From NCBI GenBank assembly GCA_044345405.1, contig JBIJBE010000001.1, positions 32,001 through 96,000 of the forward strand: a stretch of 64,000 bases of DNA, in the 5' to 3' direction. The notes below the pieces were generated by a model that was given only the letters and a program-made list of their open reading frames with translations, searched no databases and was not told the origin of the DNA. Both the position numbers and the translations under genes were made by a program. This document shows, one piece after another, positions 20,551 through 31,380 of the stretch (its first letter is position 1; each line of letters begins with the position of its first letter). This DNA comes from Bdellovibrionota bacterium. GTDB lineage: Bacteria > Bdellovibrionota_C > UBA2361 > OMII01.

Positions 20551-20660
20551 TTGGAAGGAACTATCTTGTTCTGCCGAGGCTAGCCGTAGGAAAATCGGGG
20601 GGATGGTCTCCTCGGTTCTGCCGCCGTAGGGAGATGTTTTTGGTATCAACTGAACCCGCA

Positions 20661-21494
20661 ATGAATGACTCAACGCGAACCCGACCGATCTATCTCGTCG
20701 GCGCTTTCTTCGCCGCTTTCGCGGTGTCGTGGTTGGCGGTTGTCGCTGTGTTCTTCTCCTTCAAGTCCGCTCAAGTCCCGTCGTCGCCTACATCGTCTAC
20801 CACCGATAGCGCGTTCGCTGACGCTGTAGCGATTTCGCGAAGTGGAATGGTGCTTACCGTCGCTCACCATCCACTGCTCAATCCAACTGAATCGGATTTT
20901 ATGCTGTTCGTGTGGTTCAAGTTGAAGTCATCCCTCGATCTCAAAGAGCGGTCCTCCTTTCTTGGAAAGTTTGACACTCGTGAGGCGAATCCAGAGGGGT
21001 ATTCATTAGCGCTTGTTGGCGGGGCTGACGGAGTGCGACCACACATCTATTGGCAAAATAAAGCTGGAAATGGGCGCTGGTTCGCCTTCGCCTCGACCAC
21101 TATCGAGCCTGGCAAATGGTACGTTATGGGAGTGACGTTCAGGGCGCAGCGGTATTTGGGGGTTCATATAGCCCCATACGGGCCAGAGGCTAATCCTGAG
21201 GTTCTTGGCGGTTACGATCTTGATGGAGCGATTATCCCCGCGAGCGCCGCTAACCTCTCAGTCGGCCAGTTTAAGAAGAGTAAGTTCAAGGGGCATGTTG
21301 GTCCGTTTGGCGTCTTCCGAGATATCGATATCTCCAAGGACGCGACCCGCATCCTCAAGAGGATCGCGCGCAATCCCTCGTTCGATGCCGAGCCTGTGGA
21401 GGAATCACAGATTGCGCTCTGGGCCGACCCGACGGTCGATCGAGGACCGCTACACCTTCCTATTACAGAAGATGGTGATGGAGAACAGCCGTAG
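20661..21494 (+). CDS. Membrane-anchored LamG/concanavalin A-like protein
   Basis: N-terminal TM; FMLFVWFK, PGKWYVMGVTF, LSVG, FKGHVG pattern; start uncertain. Confidence 0.6.
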   Translation: MNDSTRTRPIYLVGAFFAAFAVSWLAVVAVFFSFKSAQVPSSPTSSTTDSAFADAVAISRSGMVLTVAHHPLLNPTESDFMLFVWFKLKSSLDLKERSSFLGKFDTREANPEGYSLALVGGADGVRPHIYWQNKAGNGRWFAFASTTIEPGKWYVMGVTFRAQRYLGVHIAPYGPEANPEVLGGYDLDGAIIPASAANLSVGQFKKSKFKGHVGPFGVFRDIDISKDATRILKRIARNPSFDAEPVEESQIALWADPTVDRGPLHLPITEDGDGEQP

Positions 21495-21661
21495 TCGTTG
21501 CTGATGGCGAGAATTTTCGTCTTCCCTTGGATACCTAATTTCACAAAGAAGACACCGCGGGCGGCAATTCCTTTCCTCCTCTCACCGTTCTCTATGTGAA
21601 GATTTACGTATTCGTTATTGGAACACTCGAGGGCGTCACATTATCAATACGCTCCTAGAGA

Positions 21662-22546
21662 CTAGGGATTGAGCGCGGCAGACGCGGCTATTTCTCGCAC
21701 ATCTCGGTAGATCTTCTCCGCCAGTTCATCCGTCGGAAGGTCGTTCGCTTCCGTTCCAAAGGGCTCCTCGACCTCCTCGGATACGATCTCAAGTGAGGCG
21801 AAGGTATAGAAGATCACCATCACCGCGAGTACCGCCCAGTAGCCGAATTCCGCCGCGAATGGCACCGGCATCGTTACGATGTACACAAAGAGACTCTTTT
21901 TGAGGAAGAGGCTGTATGAAAAAGGAATCGGGGAGTTCTTAATCCGTTCACACGCCCCGGTTATATCGATAAGGGAGTAGAGCTCGGAGTTGATGAAGAG
22001 CATCTGTTCGTGAGTGAGGATCTTCTCATCGCGAAGTCTCTCGACGTTTCTCATGATAGAAGTGAAGGTGTAGAGCGGCTTGTGGCGGGCGTGAAGGTAC
22101 TCTCCATTATTCTTGTAGAATGGTTCTGTCGGTGGAATCGGATAGACCTCACCTCGGAGGTAGTCTCGAAGAATTGCCGGAAAGAGGGCGATGGCGGAGA
22201 GGAGTTCCTCCAGTTCTTGGGGGGCGCGAGCAGCGAGAGACGCCTGTAATTTGGTGGCGAGGCTCCTGCTGTTGTTGACAAGAGACCCCCATAATTTCCG
22301 ACCCTCCCACCACCTGTCATAGGCGGTGTTAATCCGAAACACGAGGAGCATGGAGAGGGCGAAGCCGAGTATCTGGTGAAAAACGGTTGACGACTTCACC
22401 TGCATCACTTGTTGGATCTGAAGATAGGCGAGTCCCGCCGTACAGATTCCAAGGAGGGTCATGGTTGGAAGGAGGATACGAAAGGTGTCGCTCCGGTGGA
22501 ATTGGAAGATGAGTCGAAACCAATCTTTGGGATTGTAGGTGATCAT
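21662..22546 (-). CDS. Bestrophin-family (YneE-like) channel
   Basis: LLVFRINTAYDRWWEGRKLWG, CERIKNSPIPFSY, EEPFGTEANDLP. Confidence 0.92.
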   Translation of the reverse strand: MITYNPKDWFRLIFQFHRSDTFRILLPTMTLLGICTAGLAYLQIQQVMQVKSSTVFHQILGFALSMLLVFRINTAYDRWWEGRKLWGSLVNNSRSLATKLQASLAARAPQELEELLSAIALFPAILRDYLRGEVYPIPPTEPFYKNNGEYLHARHKPLYTFTSIMRNVERLRDEKILTHEQMLFINSELYSLIDITGACERIKNSPIPFSYSLFLKKSLFVYIVTMPVPFAAEFGYWAVLAVMVIFYTFASLEIVSEEVEEPFGTEANDLPTDELAEKIYRDVREIAASAALNP

Positions 22547-22695
22547 AGAGCCGCCAGTATCGGACGAGGCGCATCGGCGGGCAATTGGAGAGTTGAGGGA
22601 AGCGCGTCGGAACGCGCGGAGGGGGCTGTCGCAAGTAATGTAAGATATTGGATTGGTGCGTGTTTTTCTGTTTTTTCCCCCTTCGTAAAGGCCGC

Positions 22696-22723
22696 TTAAG
22701 ATTCGCAACGGAAGTGCCGATTC
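22696..22723 (+). promoter_or_regulatory. Candidate sigma28-type promoter
   Basis: TTAAG-N15-GCCGATTC just upstream of the large secreted protein gene. Confidence 0.6.
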
Positions 22724-22757
22724 CCCATTTCGTATGACAACGTGTCAGGAGCTTGGT

Positions 22758-25178
22758 ATGTGGGTCTCTCTCTTCAAGCGGCGGTACATCGTACCGGTGT
22801 GTGGTCTGATCGCGGTAGCGACGAGCGTGACGGCGGTGGCCGATCCATTTTCCGCGGCCTTTACGAGTCGAGAGAGCAAGCGCATCTCGAGTATCTTGTC
22901 GGTCGCTCCATTCACCCGTACCTATCAGGCTTTGACCGACGATAGTAAGGATCTTACCTTTCAGGAGGCGACTAATGGTCGCACCGTAGTCGTGTATGCA
23001 TCAAAGGATGAGGCGCTCGACAACGCGGGCGCGGACAAGTGTAGGGGATCCGGGACCTATTCCATTTTTTGGGCGGATAGATATCAAAACCTGCCGGCGG
23101 AGTGCTTGAGCTTTTCAGATTCCACGGGCGATACCGCGAATGCCCATTCAGAGAGGCCTGTTATCGGTGGAACTGGTAGAGACTTCGGCCGATATGTGGC
23201 CTACGAAACTGACGCGAGCGATATTGCCACCTTCGCGGGGACCGCTGATCCGCACCAAGTGATACTTCACGATCGAAAGTGGACGAAGAATTTTCCATCA
23301 TCTTCAAAGTGTGACGTTACGGGGTTTGCCGTTAAGGGTGCCAATGCTCCCCTCCACGTGTGGCAATTGAGCGATGATGGCAAGAACATGCTCATGACCA
23401 CGGCGGCTACTAACATGCGTGACAATCTACTTCCGACCTGTGAGGACGAGTATTCGTATTCTGACCTGTTCATTAGAGATGGTTCGGACTGTAATGCGAG
23501 CATGCGAGGCGCGTGCAAAACATCCATTTTATATGACCGGTATGGCTACCACGCGGATCCGAATCTGAAGGAAACGCTAAACGCCGACTCACAGAACGCG
23601 CGAATGACGCCCGACCAGGCGGTGGTGGTATTCGATACCGCCGCGACCAATCCTTTGTACTTCAGCGCCGATATTAAGGGTTTTAGGGATGTCTATTATC
23701 ACATCAATAATACATTCACTCGGATTACAGAGGCGGTGATTCCGTTCTGTGATGTGTTGGGCAATGTACGTTCACTTACGAACGAGTACGGTCCAGCCAA
23801 CAATCACAGCGAAAATCCTGATGTGGACCAAACGGGCCGGTATGTTGTGTTCGAGTCATTAGCGACAGACCTCGTTGTTTGGGAGGGGAATCCAGCGATG
23901 AGGTGCGTGACGCCAGGCGCTCCGCATCCCGCGGATATTCAGTATCTTCAGACAAACGGGCTTAGGCAGATTTACCTCTATGACCACCTCACGAAACGAA
24001 TTGAGCTGATCTCCAAAAAATATCGGAGTAGTTCGGCCACGCGCGCGCAAGGAGGCAACGGCAACAGCTTTAATCCGCGAATAAGTAGGGACGGGCGATT
24101 TATTATTTTTGAGTCATTTTCTACCGACTTTTTGCAGGCACCCACCACAAGTGTGAAAAACATCTTCATGTATGATCGGTATTTAGACAGCGCATTCCTG
24201 GTTACTCCGGGAGTGGCGGGAACCGGGCTCGACAAGAACGCCACGTTGACTGATATCAGTCCGGCTGGATTGACCGTCGCGTTTGAGACGAAGGCGAAAA
24301 ATGTTCTCGTCGAGGGGCCTGAGGAAGGAACTACCGCTGGTGGTACGCTCGCGAACTGCGGCGCTACGGCAGAAGCGTGTAATCATGTGTATCTCGCGCG
24401 TAACAGCTGTCCACTTGATACCGATGGAGATCTGGTAGCGGATTGTCTTGATGCGTGTTCGAATGATCGAGGAAAGACCCAGCCGGGGCTCTGTGGATGC
24501 GGTGTTGCCGAAACCGATACGGATAGAGATTTCACCCCTGATTGTATCGACGGCTGCGATTCAGATGCGAATAAGGTGGTGGCCGGGGTGTGTGGATGTG
24601 GAGTCGCCGATACAGATGCTGATGGTGATGGGACGCCGAACTGCGTTGATACCTGCCCGACAGATAATCAGAAGACAAGGCCTGGTATTTGCGGATGTGG
24701 GGTAGCCGATGCCGATAGCGATGGTGATGGGTCTTTTAACTGTAATGATAGTTGCCCGACCGATCCGAACAAGAAGGGAACCGATGGATGCGCCTGCGGC
24801 ACGTTGAAGGATACGCCTGGCGTGTGCGGTTGTAACGTTCTTGACACTGACGCAAATGGTAACGGTCAAGCGGATTGTCTTGACCCGGGTGCTGCCACTG
24901 CGCCGGCGATACCGAGCTATGATGTCTCGAGGCTGGGTATCGGTCGAAGTACCCTCACCATCCTCCGGATAAAGATGCAGGGCTTTGGTGGAAAGGTCAC
25001 CTACTCGTACTCTTTGACGAGAAACGGATACAAACTCCAAAAGACGAGTAAGACGAACACCGTCGTTGTTCGTGGCTTGCGGCCAGGAACGTATTCCTTT
25101 AGCTACTCCGTCACAGTTGGTTCGGGAGCCACGAAGGCAACGACAAAGGTCACCAACTCATCTATTCAGGTGAAATAA
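22758..25178 (+). CDS. Secreted protein with TolB-like beta-propeller, thrombospondin-3-like Cys/Asp repeats and C-terminal beta domain
   Basis: Signal peptide; GRYVVFES/GRFIIFES propeller repeats; DxDxDG-C repeats; AGGAG RBS before ATG 22758. Confidence 0.75.
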   Translation: MWVSLFKRRYIVPVCGLIAVATSVTAVADPFSAAFTSRESKRISSILSVAPFTRTYQALTDDSKDLTFQEATNGRTVVVYASKDEALDNAGADKCRGSGTYSIFWADRYQNLPAECLSFSDSTGDTANAHSERPVIGGTGRDFGRYVAYETDASDIATFAGTADPHQVILHDRKWTKNFPSSSKCDVTGFAVKGANAPLHVWQLSDDGKNMLMTTAATNMRDNLLPTCEDEYSYSDLFIRDGSDCNASMRGACKTSILYDRYGYHADPNLKETLNADSQNARMTPDQAVVVFDTAATNPLYFSADIKGFRDVYYHINNTFTRITEAVIPFCDVLGNVRSLTNEYGPANNHSENPDVDQTGRYVVFESLATDLVVWEGNPAMRCVTPGAPHPADIQYLQTNGLRQIYLYDHLTKRIELISKKYRSSSATRAQGGNGNSFNPRISRDGRFIIFESFSTDFLQAPTTSVKNIFMYDRYLDSAFLVTPGVAGTGLDKNATLTDISPAGLTVAFETKAKNVLVEGPEEGTTAGGTLANCGATAEACNHVYLARNSCPLDTDGDLVADCLDACSNDRGKTQPGLCGCGVAETDTDRDFTPDCIDGCDSDANKVVAGVCGCGVADTDADGDGTPNCVDTCPTDNQKTRPGICGCGVADADSDGDGSFNCNDSCPTDPNKKGTDGCACGTLKDTPGVCGCNVLDTDANGNGQADCLDPGAATAPAIPSYDVSRLGIGRSTLTILRIKMQGFGGKVTYSYSLTRNGYKLQKTSKTNTVVVRGLRPGTYSFSYSVTVGSGATKATTKVTNSSIQVK
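24416..24884 (+). repeat. About five 33-aa coding repeats DxDGDxxxDCxDxCxxDxxKxxPGxCGCGV
   Basis: Visible in the translation; 99-bp periodicity. Confidence 0.85.
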
Positions 25179-25313
25179 AGCGGTCTGGTGGGATGAAGCC
25201 CTGTCTCTGTTCCTAACAAGCAACTCCGACCTGTAATCGTCGATACGGGGATCCTACTAATCGTATCGTGCTTCCTCGCGTTTTTGTGAGAGGGGCGCAA
25301 TCTTCTCGAGGGC

Positions 25314-26876
25314 ATGGTTTTGCGAGCCTCACTGCGCCGACGTCTGGTGTGCTTGCGGAGTTACGTACCGGGCCTCGGGGTGACGGTTGCCGTATGTGGG
25401 GGGCAGGTCGCCGCGTGGTTTATGCCCCCGCTCTTGCTTGCCATACTCGTGTGCGCCCTGGGGGTGTCATGGGCTATCGGATTCCCTGGTCGACGTGGCC
25501 CGGTCGTAGGATTTATCGTGGGCCTCGTGTTAGGCGGATGGGAGGTCGTGACTCATCCCTCTCAGGTTGGTGGAACCGATGTCGCCATGCTCGTCCAGGT
25601 TGAGGAGATCCCTCGTCGGCGACTCCCTGGAGAGATCGTTTTTATTGGGCGAGAGGTGCTGGCGTCACAGGGACGACTGATTCGGTGTAGAGGTGTCGAT
25701 CTACCTTGGCGGAACCTCTCTGCACTTGAAGTTGGGGATATCGTTTGGATTAGAGGGCGATTGCTCCCGATATCTCGACCGCTGAACCCATTTTCTTGGG
25801 GCGCATGGATGTGGAGAAGGGGGGTATCTGGCGAGATGAGGGTTCTTTTCGGATCTCTACCAGTTGCGCGCAGGTCATCGCACCTCCAACGCGCTCGCGC
25901 GAGGATCGTCGAGGAGGTATCTCGAGTAACCGATGAGGGGCGTGGAGGAGCTCTCTTTCTCTCGATGGCGTTTGGAGTGAGAGATGTGTTGAGCCCACCA
26001 GTTGAGTCGCTTTTTAATGATTTGGGGCTCTCTCACCTTCTTGTGGTGTCAGGGTATCAGGTCAGTCTCGTGTTCGGGTTGACACTGACGGTGTTGTTGG
26101 GAGTAGGGCGTTCGTTGCGCTCCTCACTTGGGACGCGCAGATTGGCGGTTGGGTTGTCATTCGGGTGCGCGACGGTGTACGTCCTCGCGATTGGAACAGA
26201 GATGTCATCTGTTCGCGCGCTTCTCGCCGCGCTCTGTCTCTGCCTCTCTCTTCTGGCGCAGCGGCGACATCACTTTGTTCAAAGGCTCGTTACGACCTTT
26301 CTGTGTATGCATCTTCTGTGGCCCTGGGCGATGTTTGAGGTCGGAGTGGTGCTGACTTTCGCCGCCCTCGCGGGGATCGGTATTGGATCTCGTCTAGGTG
26401 GGGAGAGCCGTTGGAGATCCATAGCATGGGTGACCGTTTCGGTGTGGGCGCTGACATCGCTTGTCACCGTGGTGTGGAACGGAACCTTGTCGGTTAGCGG
26501 GTTGTTGCTGAACCTGGTAATGGCAGGGCCGTGGTCGGTTCTAAACTGCACGGCTGGGGTGGGAGGTCTCGCGTTCGTGTTCACCGGGCTCCCCGGCGCT
26601 GAGATGCTCTTGAGGTCGGTGGGGTATACTAACGAGGTGATAGTGTCGGGACTATTTTGGATCCAGGGGGTCATTGGGGCAGCGCCGGAGTTGTCCCCGC
26701 TTCAGAGGGGGCTGACGGGGATGGTGTTGTTACTCGCGATCGGAGCGCTTGCTCAAGGGGCATCTCGGCGCAACCGAGCGCTATCGCTTCGGGGCATGGT
26801 TCAAGGCGTTGTGAGACAGGTCCGAGAGGAGTCCACAAGGCTCTCGTCCCCGACGCTGGGTAGTGAGTATCGTTAG
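25314..26876 (+). CDS. comEC: ComEC/Rec2-family competence membrane protein (no C-terminal metallo-beta-lactamase domain)
   Basis: NPFS..GAWM, GLSHLLVVSGYQV, SSVRA, many TMs. Confidence 0.78.
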   Translation: MVLRASLRRRLVCLRSYVPGLGVTVAVCGGQVAAWFMPPLLLAILVCALGVSWAIGFPGRRGPVVGFIVGLVLGGWEVVTHPSQVGGTDVAMLVQVEEIPRRRLPGEIVFIGREVLASQGRLIRCRGVDLPWRNLSALEVGDIVWIRGRLLPISRPLNPFSWGAWMWRRGVSGEMRVLFGSLPVARRSSHLQRARARIVEEVSRVTDEGRGGALFLSMAFGVRDVLSPPVESLFNDLGLSHLLVVSGYQVSLVFGLTLTVLLGVGRSLRSSLGTRRLAVGLSFGCATVYVLAIGTEMSSVRALLAALCLCLSLLAQRRHHFVQRLVTTFLCMHLLWPWAMFEVGVVLTFAALAGIGIGSRLGGESRWRSIAWVTVSVWALTSLVTVVWNGTLSVSGLLLNLVMAGPWSVLNCTAGVGGLAFVFTGLPGAEMLLRSVGYTNEVIVSGLFWIQGVIGAAPELSPLQRGLTGMVLLLAIGALAQGASRRNRALSLRGMVQGVVRQVREESTRLSSPTLGSEYR

Positions 26877-27940
26877 GCCGCGATGCACACGTTCTTGAGT
26901 GTATCGAGATTCTCGATGACCCGCCCAACTCCACGAACAACACAGGTGAGGGGATCGGAGTCGCAGATAAATCGAATTCCGGTCTTCTCGGTAAGCTTCT
27001 CCGCGAGCCCACGAATGAGCGCTCCACCTCCGGCGAGGTGTACGCCGTTGGCGAGGATATCTTGGGCGACCTCTGGGCTGATGTTCTCAAGCGCTGTGTA
27101 AATAGCGCCTACGATAGCGCAGAGTGGTTCCTGAAACGCTGCCCGAATTATCTCGTTGTTGAGCTCCATCGATCGGGGCATGCCGGTGCTAACATCACGT
27201 CCGAAGGTCTTCATGGTGAGGGGGGGCGAGTGGTGCAGCAGCGAACCAATCGTTATCTTGATACGCTCCGCCTCGAAGATGCTGATCTCAAGACCGCACC
27301 GTTGCTTAACGTAGCGCTGAATGGCCTCATCCATCTCATCGCCAGCGACGCGGATTGCGTGCGTGTACATCGTACCGCCAAGGCTCAAGATAGCGATCTC
27401 GGTGGTTCCTCCACCGATGTCCACAACCATGCTTCCGATCGGCTGCTCGATTGGAAGACCACTACCAACCGCGGCGGCCATTGACTCCTCAACGAGATAC
27501 ACCTGTCGCACTCCCGATGAGATCGCCGCGTCGAGTACGGCGCGCTTCTCAACTTGGGTGATATCCGATGGGACCCCGATGACAGCCCGTGGTCGCACGA
27601 GGGACCATCGATTGCGAACGACTCGAAGCATGTGACGAATCATCGCGGTCGTGACTCCGAAATCGGCGATAACGCCGTCTTTGATCGGACGTACGCATCG
27701 AATGGCGCGAGAGGTTTTGCCGTACATCTGCTTCGCCGCGAGGCCTACGGCGAGGAGCTCTCCTGTTTCAGCGTCGAGTGCTACGACCGATGGCTCGTTT
27801 AACACGACACCTTCACCTTTCACGTACACGAGAGTGTTCGCCGTCCCTAGGTCCATGGCGATATCAGCGCTCATGAACGCGGACATCTTCTTCCATAGTT
27901 GCGTACTGATGGGCGAGTTCTTCTCTGGTAGTTTAAGCAC
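26873..27940 (-). CDS. mreB: MreB-family actin homologue
   Basis: DLGTANT, NEPSVVA, PIKDGVIADF, VDIGGGTTE, AGGGALIRG; GTG start after GGAGG. Confidence 0.9.
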   Translation of the reverse strand: MLKLPEKNSPISTQLWKKMSAFMSADIAMDLGTANTLVYVKGEGVVLNEPSVVALDAETGELLAVGLAAKQMYGKTSRAIRCVRPIKDGVIADFGVTTAMIRHMLRVVRNRWSLVRPRAVIGVPSDITQVEKRAVLDAAISSGVRQVYLVEESMAAAVGSGLPIEQPIGSMVVDIGGGTTEIAILSLGGTMYTHAIRVAGDEMDEAIQRYVKQRCGLEISIFEAERIKITIGSLLHHSPPLTMKTFGRDVSTGMPRSMELNNEIIRAAFQEPLCAIVGAIYTALENISPEVAQDILANGVHLAGGGALIRGLAEKLTEKTGIRFICDSDPLTCVVRGVGRVIENLDTLKNVCIAA

Positions 27941-29003
27941 GTGAGCCTCCAACCACTTTACCAATCGTTGATGTCACCGGCGCAGGGAGCGCTTGCAGGA
28001 TAGCGTCGATATCGAAGCCACGCGCGCGACTCGCTTTTGCCGAGAAACTTTTCCCTGAAAAATTCTGAAGCCGAATGACGAAGGGTTTTACCTGATCATT
28101 AAGGTGATTTGCCAGCGTTCGTATCTTATTTTGAAAGAACGCTGTCATCATGTTGTCGAGGGCCACGAGGATATCACCGTTTGGTAAGCGAACAAGGGGA
28201 AAGTGCGGCGGAAGAGCTTGCTGGATCAATCGAACGAACTGCTCGCTTTGATGCACCGCGGCTGTTATTCCATGAGCAGCCTCAAGGTCAGCGAAGGAGT
28301 CGATCCAGATCCGTACCATTTCGATCGAATCGTGCCCGATTGCCTCGCTCAGTTGGGTTGTTTTAGTGAGGAAGCTATCCCAGGAGTTCTCCGTTGAGGT
28401 CGTTTCCTTCTTGAAGAGGGTCCAGAAGAGGAGGCGCGAGATGAGGGTCGCCAGCTCCTCAAGGTGCTTCATCTGGGGTTTAGTGAAGGAGAAGGCCTTG
28501 CGGCTGTCGCACATGAGCACGCCGCTAAAGGTGCGAGCGTTTGGGTTCTCGGTCGGCATGGGGATGGGAACCGCTACGAGGCTCTTGAGGGGCTCCGTTT
28601 CGGTGTAGATGCCGAGAACTGAGCTGTCCATATCGAAGGGCGCTACGTGAATGGAGCGGGAGTTCTCAGCCACCCAACCGATGAGCCCGTTCCCCACCTG
28701 GATGCGACAGTCGCGAACGAGGCAGGAAGACGCTGAATGGGTCGCGACCATCTCAACGCTCCCGACCGCTAGGTCCGGTCCGAGATGAAAGACCTTTTTT
28801 AGCTCGATGGTGTCACTCTGGCCGGTTTGATGATGGGAGGCATGAGTGGGAGAGGGATATGATGCGCTCTCCGAGGGGCGTTGAGGAGTCGAAGAGGTGA
28901 GGAGTCCCGTCGGTAGAAAAACCGTGCAGGTGTGAGCGTCGCTAACGTTTGCCGCCAACTTGGCGAGTTTTTTGAGGTCTTCCCGAATCTGGCCGATCGA
29001 CAT
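27933..29003 (-). CDS. GAF-domain protein
   Basis: GNGLIGWVAEN, KSLVAVPI, GVLMCDSR; stop overlaps mreB start. Confidence 0.75.
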   Translation of the reverse strand: MSIGQIREDLKKLAKLAANVSDAHTCTVFLPTGLLTSSTPQRPSESASYPSPTHASHHQTGQSDTIELKKVFHLGPDLAVGSVEMVATHSASSCLVRDCRIQVGNGLIGWVAENSRSIHVAPFDMDSSVLGIYTETEPLKSLVAVPIPMPTENPNARTFSGVLMCDSRKAFSFTKPQMKHLEELATLISRLLFWTLFKKETTSTENSWDSFLTKTTQLSEAIGHDSIEMVRIWIDSFADLEAAHGITAAVHQSEQFVRLIQQALPPHFPLVRLPNGDILVALDNMMTAFFQNKIRTLANHLNDQVKPFVIRLQNFSGKSFSAKASRARGFDIDAILQALPAPVTSTIGKVVGGSRA

Positions 29004-29410
29004 GAACTTAAAACAACTAACAAAAATCTGGACCTTACCGCGAGCGATGCCTGGGTACACGAATCCCGTCACCGCAAAACGTCACGTTTTCCGGTCAGCC
29101 CCTCCCTGTTTTCGCTTTCGCTCGAAGCTTGAAAAGGGACAGCTGTGATTCAGACTGATTGTTACTTTAAGCAAACTAAACTTACCAGAAGGTCAGGAGA
29201 ACTTCAACCGGTAATCGCTGAACTTTGGGATGGAATGGGGAAAAAGGCGCGGGGTCCTATGTGAGCGTCTGCAAGCGGGAGGGCGACCGTCCTCCCGCGA
29301 CGTTACTCGGAATAGGCCGGTCGCCGGAATGGCACACATCGCGAACGATGATTGCCCAGCGCAACACGGCGGTCCAGGACGACCGCCGCTCCCATGTGCA
29401 TGACCTGCGG

Positions 29411-31045
29411 CTACCTCTCCGACGCCGCGCGGCGAGGGCCTTGGCTCTCGCTCGACTTGCGTGGGGATCTGGCGTTGCTCGGCGCGGGCGCAGTCGGTGC
29501 GGATGCAGGACGAGGTTCGGGTTGACGCGCGGTTTCCACCGTCGCTCCGTCCGCCCCTTGCTTCTTCGTATCTCGAACGCCTTCCATTTCGAATTCATAC
29601 TCGTCCGGTCTGAGTCGACCGTCTGGTAGGATGAGGACCTGAACGCCGTGCTCCTTCTCAAGATCCGCGATGAATCCTCTCTTGTTATTCAAAAGGAAGA
29701 ACGCAGGAACGGAGGGCAGGCGGGCCTTTACCTTTGCCACATGCCCCACGACTACCGCGGCCTGAATCTTTCGGAGTGCCTCAAGGGCCACAAGCTCAGG
29801 GTTTTTGATATCTCCGGTGCCGTGACAGTGTTCACACCTGATATGAGCGTGACTCGTCAAGGATGCTCGCAAACGCTGCCGGGACATCTCAAGGAGCCCA
29901 AACTTTGAAAGCCTTCCAAGCTCGATTCGAGCCTTGTCGGTCGCGACCGCGTCTTGAAGCCGTCGCTCAACCGCGTTGCGATGTCGCTTGTCGATCATGT
30001 CGATGAAGTCGATAACGATCAGTCCGCCGAGATCCCGCAGTCGGAGCTGTCGGGCAACCTCTTCAGCGGCCTCAAGGTTCGTCTTATAGGCGGTTTCTTC
30101 GATGTTGGATGTGTCGGTCGCTTTTCCTGAGTTCACGTCGATCGCTACGAGCGCCTCGAGTTGCTCGATGACAATTGATCCACCGCTCTTGAGCTTGACC
30201 TCGCGAGCAAGTGTGTCGTGAACCTGCTGATCGATTCCGTGGTGGGCGAAGATCGGTTGATTCTCCTCGTAGAGGCGAACACGGGATCGATAGCGCGGCA
30301 TCACCTGACCAACGAACTCCTTTACCGTCTGATAGGTCTCGGGATCGTCGATGATTATCTCGCGCACATCTGGTGTGAAGTAGTCCCGGATAACTCGGGT
30401 AGCGAGATCGTTGTCTTTATAGAGAAGGCATGGCGCCCCAGCGCTCTGATTCGCGACGAGGATGCTCTCCCATAATTTCAGTTGCAGCGACAGGTCGCGC
30501 GAGAGTTCGCTCTGCGAGCGATCGAGACCGGCGGTTCGGATAATCATCCCGATACCCGCTGGAACCTCGAGCTCTCGGCTCAAGCGACGAAGGCGAACAC
30601 GTTGGTCGCTGTCGCTGATCTTACGGGAGATCCCTCCGCGATCACTACCGGGCATAATAACGAGGTAGCGGCCTGGAAGTGAGAGGTAGGTAGTCAGGGT
30701 CGCGCCCTTCATGTCGCGCTCTTCCTTCACGACCTGAACGACGAGCTCTTGGCCGGGTTCAAGTACATCCTGAATGCGAACTTTTCCGGATCGTGGGGGA
30801 GGGTTCTTAAAGCACGATGGGTGCACGTCGTTGATTTGAAGGAACCCGTTCCGATGAGTTCCGATATCAACGAACGCCGCTTGAAGGCTCGGTTCTATTC
30901 GCGAAATGCGTCCGCGGTATACGTTGCCCTTCGCTTTCTTTCCGATATTTGATTCGATTTCGAGTTCAGCTAACGCCGAACCTTCCACAATCGCGATGCG
31001 GCACTCTTCCTGATGTACCGCGTTGATTATCATTCTCTGATCCAT
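29411..31045 (-). CDS. rne: Ribonuclease E/G family
   Basis: GNVYRGRISRIEPSLQAAFVDIG, IDVNSG, LRDLGGLIVIDFIDM, CEHC Zn-link; short disordered tail. Confidence 0.93.
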   Translation of the reverse strand: MDQRMIINAVHQEECRIAIVEGSALAELEIESNIGKKAKGNVYRGRISRIEPSLQAAFVDIGTHRNGFLQINDVHPSCFKNPPPRSGKVRIQDVLEPGQELVVQVVKEERDMKGATLTTYLSLPGRYLVIMPGSDRGGISRKISDSDQRVRLRRLSRELEVPAGIGMIIRTAGLDRSQSELSRDLSLQLKLWESILVANQSAGAPCLLYKDNDLATRVIRDYFTPDVREIIIDDPETYQTVKEFVGQVMPRYRSRVRLYEENQPIFAHHGIDQQVHDTLAREVKLKSGGSIVIEQLEALVAIDVNSGKATDTSNIEETAYKTNLEAAEEVARQLRLRDLGGLIVIDFIDMIDKRHRNAVERRLQDAVATDKARIELGRLSKFGLLEMSRQRLRASLTSHAHIRCEHCHGTGDIKNPELVALEALRKIQAAVVVGHVAKVKARLPSVPAFFLLNNKRGFIADLEKEHGVQVLILPDGRLRPDEYEFEMEGVRDTKKQGADGATVETARQPEPRPASAPTAPAPSNARSPRKSSESQGPRRAASER

Positions 31046-31380
31046 GATCTACCTCCCGATGAGGAGGTGCTTGAAGAGAGAGAGTATGTGCGCAACGCAG
31101 GCACCCAGCGGACACGGGTCGCGCTCGTAACACGTCTTCACGTGTATATCGCTGAGTATCGTATGGGTAATTAAATCTACTCACAGGAACGCTCGCCGAA
31201 CATTGTCGTGATGTCGGCCTCCATCTCTGTACTACCTCAAGGCTTCTTGCGTGGCCGGGAGGTAGCGTGCTCAAAGCACCATCCTAAACTTGTTTAAAAT
31301 CTGTTGGCCAGTTTCCCTAGCCCTTCAGTTGTTTACCACATAAGGGTGGTAAGGGGTACCTTTTACTTCAGAACGGGACT

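Noticed and set aside
24416-24884. Periodic DNA resembling a CRISPR array
   Set aside because: In-frame degenerate protein repeats; no identical repeats with unique spacers; no cas genes
29257-29661. Overlapping ORF with RRRRGSRR, suggesting a frameshifted RNase E tail
   Set aside because: Residues after the Arg run do not resemble an RNase E scaffold; no slippery site seen; rne already ends in a plausible short tail
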